This document shows, piece after piece, positions 9,279 through 16,962 of a stretch of 36,972 bases of DNA. The stretch comes from an uncultured Candidatus Saccharibacteria bacterium (lineage in GTDB: Bacteria > Patescibacteriota > Minisyncoccia > Sungbacterales > SURF-37), in contig CAZDKA010000004.1 in NCBI GenBank assembly GCA_964505815.1, positions 1-36,972 of the forward strand. Direction: 5' to 3'. Under the pieces are notes generated by a model, which was given only the letters and a program-made list of their open reading frames with translations, was not told the DNA's origin and made no database searches. A program made the position numbers and the translations under genes. Each line of letters starts with the position of its first letter. Positions within the stretch are counted from its first letter, which is position 1.

Positions 9279-10723
9279 CTGCTGTATCAAAAAATTTAAA
9301 CCAGCCGGTGGCCATGCTGCTCCTTTTTGTGGTGCTAGGCGGTCTCGTGCTAATACCCTTCACGGCAGAAGCCACTGTTCCCACCATAGACCTTACTCTG
9401 ATCGGCAAGGCTATCCTGCAACTAGCCGAGCTTGTTTTTCAATCCGGACAACTCAGCGCCCTGGTGGTCAAAGAATACGTCCTTGATCCGGCAGTCAAAC
9501 TTCTTGCCGCCATCATGCTGCAAGCCCTCACCCGCACCATCATCGAATGGATTCAGGGCGGAGGGAACACTAATTTTGTTTCAAATCTTCAAGCCGCGCT
9601 CAATCGGGCCGCAGACGAGGCCGCCGGAGAATTTTTGAATTTACTGGCCGGCACAAACTTGTGCGCCCCATTCGCCAATCCCTTGCGCATCACCTTCTTA
9701 AAGCCGCAGCTTAGAGATCGTCTGGCTTGCACTGCGACCGACATTTTCAAGAATCTTCAAACATCCTATGAAAATTTTCTCGCCGACTTCACCAAAGGCG
9801 GCTGGATTGCATACCAGACAACGCTGGTCGGCAACAACAACTATATTGACGCCTTAATTAACGCCTATGACGCAAAAATTAAGGCCGAATCGCGAAGAGT
9901 AACGGTTTTGCAAAACCAGTACCAGGCCGGCCAAGGATTTTTAGGGGTGCGCATTAAAAAGAAAGACTGCACGCAATTTGACCCCGGAGAATTTGAAGAT
10001 TGCCCAACCGTTGACGTTCAGACCACACCCGGCAAGCTGGTGTCCGAACAACTTGCTAAAGTTTTCAATTCCGGCATTGATCAAGCGGTCAACACCGACG
10101 AAATCGGCGAGGCGATTGATGCCATTATCACGGCTCTCATCAGCAAACTAGTATCTTCGGCGCAAGCCGGACTTCTTTCCAATAACGAGTCAAGCGGAAT
10201 ATATGATCCCGGACTCAGCTTGCCAGCCCCGCTGCCATCTCCTCCGCCGCCTCCGGAGCAAATCGCTATTAAAACTGATATTCAAAGAATCGAGGCCGCG
10301 ATCACCCGCGACATTAGTCCTGCGATCGTCTCGGTAAATGCGATCATGCCGCAAATCACCACTGCGCTAAATAGAATTGCCACCTCTTCGCCCTCATTTA
10401 CCGATACGGACATAGTTAGATTGAGAGAAGTCCGCAATCAACTCTTAAATGCATCGGCGGCTCTCGTCACCGCAAAAGATTCTCTCATCTCGATGAGAAA
10501 AGAGCTTGAGAGTATCGACCTGAAAATTTCAGCAATCCTCGCGAACCCCAACGCTGTCCCGGTCGATGATCTTGCCGCGCTTTACTCGCGATCCCGGCAA
10601 ATCAGTCAAAATATTACCGAAGAAGTTAACGATGCAATCACGCCTCGCATAACCAACATCCAAAGTCTTGTCTCCGAAGCGCAAATCCTTATTCCGAAAG
10701 TAAACAATTTGCCGACAACATAA
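9275..10723 (+). CDS. Secreted or membrane hypothetical protein, possibly VirB5-like
   Basis: Signal peptide ending TAEA followed by TVPTID; helical body with Cys pairs, Pro linker and coiled-coil C-terminus; overlaps the upstream stop (ATGA). Confidence 0.7.
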   Translation: MTAVSKNLNQPVAMLLLFVVLGGLVLIPFTAEATVPTIDLTLIGKAILQLAELVFQSGQLSALVVKEYVLDPAVKLLAAIMLQALTRTIIEWIQGGGNTNFVSNLQAALNRAADEAAGEFLNLLAGTNLCAPFANPLRITFLKPQLRDRLACTATDIFKNLQTSYENFLADFTKGGWIAYQTTLVGNNNYIDALINAYDAKIKAESRRVTVLQNQYQAGQGFLGVRIKKKDCTQFDPGEFEDCPTVDVQTTPGKLVSEQLAKVFNSGIDQAVNTDEIGEAIDAIITALISKLVSSAQAGLLSNNESSGIYDPGLSLPAPLPSPPPPPEQIAIKTDIQRIEAAITRDISPAIVSVNAIMPQITTALNRIATSSPSFTDTDIVRLREVRNQLLNASAALVTAKDSLISMRKELESIDLKISAILANPNAVPVDDLAALYSRSRQISQNITEEVNDAITPRITNIQSLVSEAQILIPKVNNLPTT

Positions 10724-10735
10724 AAAGTTAAACGC

Positions 10736-13255
10736 ATGCCTCGCCCGATTCAACAATTTATTAGCGCCATACTTCTCCTGGGGATACTTACTCCGGCTGT
10801 TATACTGATATTCGCACTGCCGCAGGAGACATATGCAGCCGACGTTGATAACTCGCAGGCCGGCAACCGCTCAATTGAAGGACTGGTGGATATTTTGGGC
10901 AGCAAACGCTGCTCGGTTATAAGCGCGCTTCTGTCTCTTGAGTTTGATTGTCTCTTTTTAAGCACTATCTGGATTGTTGATAAATTCTTAGCCGGAACGC
11001 TTCTGAATCTTGCCACAGGAATTTTCGAAGTATCAGTGAAGGCGAATCTTACGGATATCGCCAAGAGTGATTTTGTGACTACAGGCTGGGGAATTGTTCG
11101 CGACATTACCAATCTCTTTTTCATTTTCATCCTCCTTTGGATTGCCCTGGCCACAATCTTCAATATCCAGGGCTACGGCGCAAAAGAACTTCTAGGCCAA
11201 CTGATTGTTGCCGCGCTCCTGATTAATTTCAGTTTAGCCATCGGCGGTTTCTTTATTAATTTTACCAATGCCTTGGGCCGGGCTTTTCTTTCGGGTATTC
11301 CCAGAAGCGGCGCATGTCTTATGGAAAATACCTTATCTTGCGGCATCTCCAACAGACTTCTTGCTTTTGCTGATATCCAAGGGCAAACAATAGTGCCAAT
11401 TGACACGAAGGATCCTTATACAAATTGTGTGAATACTCAAATTGACCTCGGGGCAATAGAAACGGGGGGGAGCGTAGGGGCCTTTCAGGAAAAAGTTCAA
11501 GAGAAATGCGGACAATTCCAGCCGCACACTCAAGAAGCAGTGGAGGTTAACCAAGCCATTCTCAACGCAATCTATCAAGCGCTTTGGCTCATAATTATTA
11601 TTCCCATTCTCTCCTTTGTTTTCTTTGCCGCGGCAATATTTTTCCTCATCCGCTATCTGATGCTTTCTATACTATTGGTGTTTACTCCAATCGTATTTCT
11701 CTTTTGGATTTTGCCGGCTACAAGAAGCCACTGGAACGATTGGTGGAACCGTCTAATTCAGTGGTCTTTTTTTGCCCCGGCTTTTCTTTTCCTGCTTTTC
11801 TTAACAATTATTACTCTTGAGAAACTTTCAATCCTTAATGTGCTCAAAGTCGCTACCAAAGGATTTATTGCTATCGGTTTTGACATGGTTCTCATTATTA
11901 TCTTGATGATTATAAACCTGATGGTGGCGCAGAAAATGGGCATTATGTTTGCCGGATCGGTAATCGGGGTGGGAAGCAAAGTGGCCGGCTGGACCGGCCG
12001 GAAAGTTCGCGGAGCTGCGTATCGCGGAGCAATACGAGGTGTTGCGCCCGCGGCGCAAGAATTCATGAAGACCGGAGTTGCCCAGAGAATGGCCCAAATT
12101 CCGTTTATTCGCGGCCTGACCCAACCAGCAGTGGCTATACAGCAAGAGCGTGAACATCTTGATAAAGAACGCGCAGACAGGGTTCAAAAAGCAATAGGCG
12201 CTATGCCTCCGGAGTTTGCCGCCCAGCGTCTCGCAGGCGAAACGCGCAATGTACAGGAAGCATTCTACAAGTCAGCCCGACCGGATGACATTGAAAAAAT
12301 TATGAGGGGTCTTATGAAAGAAAAGAAAGAAGCAGTGGAAGAGATAGAAGAAACGAGGGAAGTGAAGGATACCGAAGGAAGAACAATCAGGACGGAAACA
12401 GTGGTCAGGCCGAAAGAGGCAAGAGATGTGGCCGGTGTTAAAGAAGTGAAGGATACCGAAGGAAGAACAATCAGGACGGAAACAGTGGTCAGGCCGAAAG
12501 AGGCAAGAGATGTGGCCGGTGTTAAAGAAGTGAAGGATACCGAAGGAAGAACAATCAGGACGGAAACAGTGGTCAGAACAAAAGAAGTGACCACAATAGA
12601 CAAGAGTTCTGCGGAGAAAGAAATAATCAAGATCCGCAATCGCGATCCGAAGCTTGCCGAGCGCATTGAATCCTCGGTAAAAGATCTTCACCTCAAAGTG
12701 GTGGCCAGCAAAGGAGTGATGCTCGGCGAGCCGGTGGCGGAAGCGCAGCGCAGCGCAGAAGATAAACAGCGCTACAGCAACTTCCAAGCCGCGGCAAATG
12801 CATACTTGAACGAGCAGAGCGAGCAGAAACTAAAACAAGTACTCTCGGCAGAAAACCTGAGAATGGAGCAGGTCGGGGAATACATGCTTCAGAATTTCGG
12901 AGCAAGAGAAGCCAAGTCCGTATCTCGAACCACTGAGCAGGTACGAGCTTTTGCCGATACGCTTATGAAAGCGGTGGAAAAGCAAAAGAAAGCTGAATTT
13001 ACTCAGCGCGTGAATGAGCTCCGTACGCAGGGCGTATCAGAAAGCAGTTCTCGCTTCCTCGCTTTCCAGGAACTCGCTCCGCAAGTCATAAAAAACCCCT
13101 CACTCCAAAACTGGATTAGAAGTGCTCCGGGGGTACGCGCAATATATCACGGTAAACCAATCCGAGAGCGCGGCCGGTTGTCTCAATACGAAGCTGGGGG
13201 GGGCGTTGCTCCGCAAGAAGGAAGAGGCGGACCTGTTGGCGGTGGCGGCCCATAA
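10736..13255 (+). CDS. Extended VirB6/TrbL-like polytopic membrane protein
   Basis: Multiple TMs; GWGIVRDITNLFFIFILL, LIVAALLINFS, RYLMLSILLVFTPIVFLFWILP..WNDWW..FFAP; long charged C-terminal tail; VirB4 and PrgI nearby. Confidence 0.7.
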   Translation: MPRPIQQFISAILLLGILTPAVILIFALPQETYAADVDNSQAGNRSIEGLVDILGSKRCSVISALLSLEFDCLFLSTIWIVDKFLAGTLLNLATGIFEVSVKANLTDIAKSDFVTTGWGIVRDITNLFFIFILLWIALATIFNIQGYGAKELLGQLIVAALLINFSLAIGGFFINFTNALGRAFLSGIPRSGACLMENTLSCGISNRLLAFADIQGQTIVPIDTKDPYTNCVNTQIDLGAIETGGSVGAFQEKVQEKCGQFQPHTQEAVEVNQAILNAIYQALWLIIIIPILSFVFFAAAIFFLIRYLMLSILLVFTPIVFLFWILPATRSHWNDWWNRLIQWSFFAPAFLFLLFLTIITLEKLSILNVLKVATKGFIAIGFDMVLIIILMIINLMVAQKMGIMFAGSVIGVGSKVAGWTGRKVRGAAYRGAIRGVAPAAQEFMKTGVAQRMAQIPFIRGLTQPAVAIQQEREHLDKERADRVQKAIGAMPPEFAAQRLAGETRNVQEAFYKSARPDDIEKIMRGLMKEKKEAVEEIEETREVKDTEGRTIRTETVVRPKEARDVAGVKEVKDTEGRTIRTETVVRPKEARDVAGVKEVKDTEGRTIRTETVVRTKEVTTIDKSSAEKEIIKIRNRDPKLAERIESSVKDLHLKVVASKGVMLGEPVAEAQRSAEDKQRYSNFQAAANAYLNEQSEQKLKQVLSAENLRMEQVGEYMLQNFGAREAKSVSRTTEQVRAFADTLMKAVEKQKKAEFTQRVNELRTQGVSESSSRFLAFQELAPQVIKNPSLQNWIRSAPGVRAIYHGKPIRERGRLSQYEAGGGVAPQEGRGGPVGGGGP
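12359..12576 (+). repeat. Perfect 84-bp in-frame tandem repeat (~2.6 copies)
   Basis: Unit starts at 12359, 12443 and 12527; encodes EVKDTEGRTIRTETVVRPKEARDVAGVK. Confidence 0.95.
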
Positions 13256-13258
13256 TAA

Positions 13259-13288
13259 ATCCCCCACGTAACTAGTTATGTGGGGGAT
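13259..13288 (+). terminator. Hairpin after the VirB6-like gene
   Basis: ATCCCCCACGTAAC-TA-GTTATGTGGGGGAT stem; U-tract weak. Confidence 0.4.
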
Positions 13289-13333
13289 AAACCAGCTAAA
13301 AATGTGTTAGTTTGCAAATCCAGCATGTCGGTA

Positions 13334-13361
13334 TTGACAAATGCTGGATTTTTGTTATAAT
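13334..13361 (+). promoter_or_regulatory. Consensus sigma70 promoter overlapped by an inverted repeat
   Basis: TTGACA-N16-TATAAT with TGn; AAATCCAGCAT (13316-13326)/ATGCTGGATTT (13341-13351) brackets the -35. Confidence 0.7.
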
Positions 13362-13417
13362 ATAAATAATTCGCTCTTTGGCTTGAGAATGAGCAATGAG
13401 CCAGGAAAGGAACAAGA

Positions 13418-13741
13418 ATGGCCAGAAGAAAAGAAGATCCTCCGCTCACGATGCCCCAGATCAGGGGGCTGGTGCAAGAACTCGGCGAGCCATTCTGGGC
13501 TCCCGGCCAACCCGACTACGCCCCGCCCAAAAAGGGTTCAGTAGAGTACACCGCCTGCCAGACCCCGAACTGCGCCGGGCAAGCCCGGCACTGGAAAATC
13601 AGGTGGCTCTGGGAGTCAAACTCCTTCTACTGCATGCCATGCTTGTGGAAGAGAGGAGCCATTGCGACACTCCTGACCACCGCCCTGATTCTCACCGGCG
13701 GGCTCATCCTCATGATTCTCGCTCGGCTTCTTGCCTCCTGA
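13418..13741 (+). CDS. Small putative zinc-ribbon protein with C-terminal TM helix
   Basis: AAGGA upstream; CQTPNC...CMPC; hydrophobic C-terminus; own promoter and terminator. Confidence 0.6.
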   Translation: MARRKEDPPLTMPQIRGLVQELGEPFWAPGQPDYAPPKKGSVEYTACQTPNCAGQARHWKIRWLWESNSFYCMPCLWKRGAIATLLTTALILTGGLILMILARLLAS

Positions 13742-13771
13742 GAGGCGACCCCTGGTCGCCTCTTTCTTTTT
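13741..13771 (+). terminator. Intrinsic terminator
   Basis: AGAGGCGACC-CCT-GGTCGCCTCT followed by TTCTTTTT. Confidence 0.75.
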
Positions 13772-13953
13772 GCCAATGTTGTATAAATTATGAGCGAGCC
13801 CAATGCGAGCGAAATAATTTAGCTACAACATTGAGCACCCTGTTAAATAGCGCTTCGCGCTAATTTTGCGGAGCAAAATTATTTAACAGGGTAAAGGTTT
13901 TGTAACTGAAATTTCGCCGCCTGCGGCTCGAAATTTCAGACAAAGCCCTTTAT
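13771..13953 (+). repeat. Composite ACCCTGTTAAATA-family element, copy 1
   Basis: 56-bp core 13837-13892 with 13-bp TIR ACCCTGTTAAATA/TATTTAACAGGGT; 13816-13900 is the exact reverse complement of 15525-15609. Confidence 0.85.
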
Positions 13954-13973
13954 TATCCACACCTCCAAAAAAC

Positions 13974-14191
13974 GGCGGATTTTTCAATATTTACCTGCGA
14001 GCGACAGCAGGGCGGGAAGCGAGCGGCTGTAAATATTGAACCCTGTACCAATTTTGCCAAAATTTCAGTAAAATTGCCGATTTTAAACCAGTTTACGGCA
14101 AAAGCTCGCGAAGCGCGTGTGCCGAATAGGCACATCCCTGCAATGGGCGAAGCGCTTCGCGTTGGGACAAAACGCAAAATTGGTGTGGGGT
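13974..14191. repeat. ~70-bp palindromic element fused to a ~150-bp ACCC..ACCAATTTTGC element
   Basis: 13974-14043 resembles 3766-3838; 14040-14191 has TIRs like 3431-3578 and shares GCGAAGCGCTTCGC. Confidence 0.65.
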
Positions 14192-14291
14192 TTGTCCCCT
14201 TTTGTGATATAATAAAAACAATGCCTCGTTTAAGAGGCGGAAATAATAACGAATTAAATAGTGAGGCACGGCCTCTCTTTATAAGCGTTAG

Positions 14292-14369
14292 TGACTTACA
14301 ACCTACAACTAACAACCCGCAACAAAAGGGGGATTTGCCAGTAGTTAGTCGTCAGTCGTTAGTCATTAG
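14292..14369. repeat. Heptamer-arm palindrome
   Basis: ACAACCT/ACAACTA-type arm opposed by AGTCGTT/AGTCGTC-type arm. Confidence 0.6.
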
Positions 14370-14380
14370 CCACACCGGGT

Positions 14381-15475
14381 ATGCCCCAAACACTACAATC
14401 CCCGCGAAATAACCAAATTGACGAAGAAACCATATTAAAGCGCTACGATTCTCTTCCCGATGACCTCAAAGAGGCGCTTATGGATGTATCCACAGCGGAC
14501 GCGATTTATGAAATCGGACGGAAAGCCAACTTAGACGTGGAAAAAATCGGCTTGCTCGCCGAAGAAATAGGCCTGATAATTTTGGGGTTTATCCCATCGG
14601 AAAACTTCATATCAGACCTAAAAAGGGTTCTGGAAATAGGCGAGGAAAAGGCCTCGTCCGTAGCCCTTGAAGTAAACGACCGGATTTTTCTACCAATACG
14701 CGAATCGCTGAAAAGAATTCATGGCGCAGCATGGGCTGAAGGCATTACCAGGACTCCGCTCAAAACTCTGGGTCCTGTGGTTGTCGAAAAAAAACCAGCG
14801 CCGCCAATTGCTGAAATCAAACCTGAAGCAACTGCAAAACCATTGGCGCGAACAGAAGAAAAAATCCCGCAAGCGCCATTTAGGCCTCCTCCAGCGCCGG
14901 CTCCCAAAGAACCGCTTTTGATCCGCCCAATGGGAGGAGTACCTGGCGCCCCGATAACAAAAGAACCTTTTGTCAAAGCAATGCAGCAGCCGACTACTCT
15001 GCCTCCTGCTCCTCCGCCAATCCCTCGCATTCCGGCGCCCGCGGTTAAACCGCCTGAAAAAACAGCCCCACCTCCGCCAACTCGCGGACTTACAGCAGAG
15101 AAGAAACCTTTTGAAATCCGTCCTCCGGGTTTTCCATACCAGCCGCCCAGACCACCTGAAGTAAAAACTCATCTGGCTCCGGCAGCTAAATCGTTAACAC
15201 CGCCCCTTCCCGAAGTAAAATTTCCTCCGCCGCCCGCTGTATCAAAAACCTTTGAAACCATAAAAGTGCCTCCGCCGCCGAAACTACCGGTCGAGGAAAA
15301 GCCGGCCACAGCGCAGCCGAAACACCCGCCCCAAGAGAACGCCGCTCCCCAGGGAGCGAGTCTCACTCCAGCGGAGCGGGAGGCTCGCTCAATAAAATTG
15401 AGCGGCAAAATCCAGGTTCCGCCCCCGCCGCCGCGGCAGGCCGGCCTTGACCCGTACCGCGAACCAGTTGAATAA
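14381..15475 (+). CDS. Hypothetical protein: helical N-domain, Pro-rich linker, C-terminal DPYREP motif
   Basis: 364-aa ORF; ~115-aa globular N-terminus, then very Pro-rich, ending LDPYREPVE. Confidence 0.8.
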   Translation: MPQTLQSPRNNQIDEETILKRYDSLPDDLKEALMDVSTADAIYEIGRKANLDVEKIGLLAEEIGLIILGFIPSENFISDLKRVLEIGEEKASSVALEVNDRIFLPIRESLKRIHGAAWAEGITRTPLKTLGPVVVEKKPAPPIAEIKPEATAKPLARTEEKIPQAPFRPPPAPAPKEPLLIRPMGGVPGAPITKEPFVKAMQQPTTLPPAPPPIPRIPAPAVKPPEKTAPPPPTRGLTAEKKPFEIRPPGFPYQPPRPPEVKTHLAPAAKSLTPPLPEVKFPPPPAVSKTFETIKVPPPPKLPVEEKPATAQPKHPPQENAAPQGASLTPAEREARSIKLSGKIQVPPPPPRQAGLDPYREPVE

Positions 15476-15648
15476 AGGGCTTGGCCTGCGATTTCGAGCC
15501 GCAGGCGAAAAAATCGCAGCTGACAAACCTTTACCCTGTTAAATAATTTTGCTCCGCAAAATTAGCGCGAAGCGCTATTTAACAGGGTGCTCAATGTTGT
15601 AGCTAAATTTGCTGCACATTGAGCTTGCAAATTTAGACAACATTGGCA
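15471..15648 (-). repeat. Composite ACCCTGTTAAATA-family element, copy 2 (inverted)
   Basis: Reverse complement of 13771-13953; runs from the TAA at 15473 to the ATG at 15648. Confidence 0.85.
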
Positions 15649-16058
15649 TGCAGCAATTCCAAGTTCCGCAATTCATAAATATAGAAGACCGCATTATCGG
15701 CCCGCTGACGCTGAAGCAGTTTCTGTATCTAGCCGGCGGGGGTGCGATCGTACTGCTTGCCTGGTTTATTCTGAACCCGTTTTTCTTTGTAATTGTTTCT
15801 GTCCCGGCCGCAATCTTTTCTGGATCTCTCGCCTTTGTAAAAATTAACGGCCGGCCTTTTCCGGAAACGATGTTGAACGGCATCAATTTTTACCTGAGGC
15901 CGCGCCTCTATATTTGGAAACGCTCACCGGCAAAAAAAGTTGATGCGCCGAAAACTGGCGAGCCGACCTCTTCGCAGCTGAAGACGCCGACTCTTTCCGG
16001 GTCCAAGCTCTCGGATCTCTCCTGGAGTTTGGATATAAAAGAAAAACTTAACCGCTAG
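15648..16058 (+). CDS. prgI: PrgI family protein (VirB3-like)
   Basis: QFQVPQFINIEDRIIGPLTLKQF, two TMs, KINGRPF, RPRLYIWK. Confidence 0.85.
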   Translation: MQQFQVPQFINIEDRIIGPLTLKQFLYLAGGGAIVLLAWFILNPFFFVIVSVPAAIFSGSLAFVKINGRPFPETMLNGINFYLRPRLYIWKRSPAKKVDAPKTGEPTSSQLKTPTLSGSKLSDLSWSLDIKEKLNR

Positions 16059-16061
16059 CGC

Positions 16062-16176
16062 CAACTTACAACTAACAACTTACAACCCACAACTCTTCAT
16101 GACATATGGCCCGCGACTTACAACTCATAACAAATCCACAGCGCGTTGTCCGTTGTTAGTTGTTTGTTGTTAGTTA
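16062..16176. repeat. Heptamer-arm palindrome
   Basis: ACAACTA/ACAACTT arm...GTTGTTA/GTTGTTT arm fills the intergenic gap. Confidence 0.65.
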
Positions 16177-16180
16177 CACT

Positions 16181-16855
16181 ATGGCGGAACAAGCAACCGA
16201 ATCGGTCAAGGCCAAAGGAGCGCGTTCGGCCCAGGATTTTCTGGTTATTGATTCCATCCGTGACGGAATTCTTATTCTCAAAGGCAACGCGGGCATGAGG
16301 GCCGTGCTTATGGTCTCATCGTTTAACTTCGCGCTGAAATCCGCGGAAGAACAAGACGCGGTTATTTTCCAGTATGAAAGTTTTTTAAACTCGCTTGATT
16401 TTCCCATCCAATTCATAGTGCAGTCGCGGAAACTGAACATTCTGCCGTATCTTGAAACCCTTAAGGATCGCGAAAAAGAAGAAACCAACGAACTTTTGAA
16501 AATACAAATCGGCGAGTACGTAGAGTTCATCAGGAGCTTCGTGGAGCTCACCAACATAGTAGCTAAAAGTTTTTACGTCATTGTCCCATTCGCGCCGACT
16601 ATCGCCGAGAAGGCCGGGGTCACCTCTTTTTTATCCTCCTTGATTGGAGAGGGGGGGGGCGGGGCCAAACTCACAGGTGACGAACAGTTTGCCGAGTATA
16701 AAAATCAGCTGTTGCAGAGGACGGATGCCGTAGCCACCGGCCTAAGAAGATTCGGCTTGAGGACGGCTATGTTAAACACCGAAGAACTGATAGAGCTTTT
16801 TTACGGCCTTTATAACCCCGGCGAGGCCGAACGGCAGAAATTAAAGGAATCGTAA
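16181..16855 (+). CDS. VirB4/TraC N-terminal-like protein
   Basis: AQDFL.IDSIRDG, RAVLMVSSFNFALKSAEEQ, FLNSLDFPIQFIVQSR, EELIELFY.LYNP; lies between prgI and virB4. Confidence 0.75.
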   Translation: MAEQATESVKAKGARSAQDFLVIDSIRDGILILKGNAGMRAVLMVSSFNFALKSAEEQDAVIFQYESFLNSLDFPIQFIVQSRKLNILPYLETLKDREKEETNELLKIQIGEYVEFIRSFVELTNIVAKSFYVIVPFAPTIAEKAGVTSFLSSLIGEGGGGAKLTGDEQFAEYKNQLLQRTDAVATGLRRFGLRTAMLNTEELIELFYGLYNPGEAERQKLKES

Positions 16856-16856
16856 A

Positions 16857-16936
16857 AGCGACACCAATTACAAATGACACACGAATCTACTAATAAATAT
16901 TCGGGTCATTCGGGTGTATTCGTGTATTAGTGTCGC
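16857..16936. repeat. Palindrome with short degenerate repeats
   Basis: GCGACACCAAT...ATTAGTGTCGC ends; internal ATTCGGGT/ATTCGTGT repeats. Confidence 0.55.
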
Positions 16937-16962
16937 TACGGATCAGCATACATCTCAACAAC

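Noticed and set aside
12359-12576. 84-bp repeats as a CRISPR array
   Set aside because: Units are contiguous and identical with no spacers, lie in frame in a CDS, and no cas genes are present.
13396-13863. 155-aa alternative-frame ORF
   Set aside because: It runs through a terminator and a repeat element; the 13418 frame has an SD-like site, Cys motifs and a TM helix.
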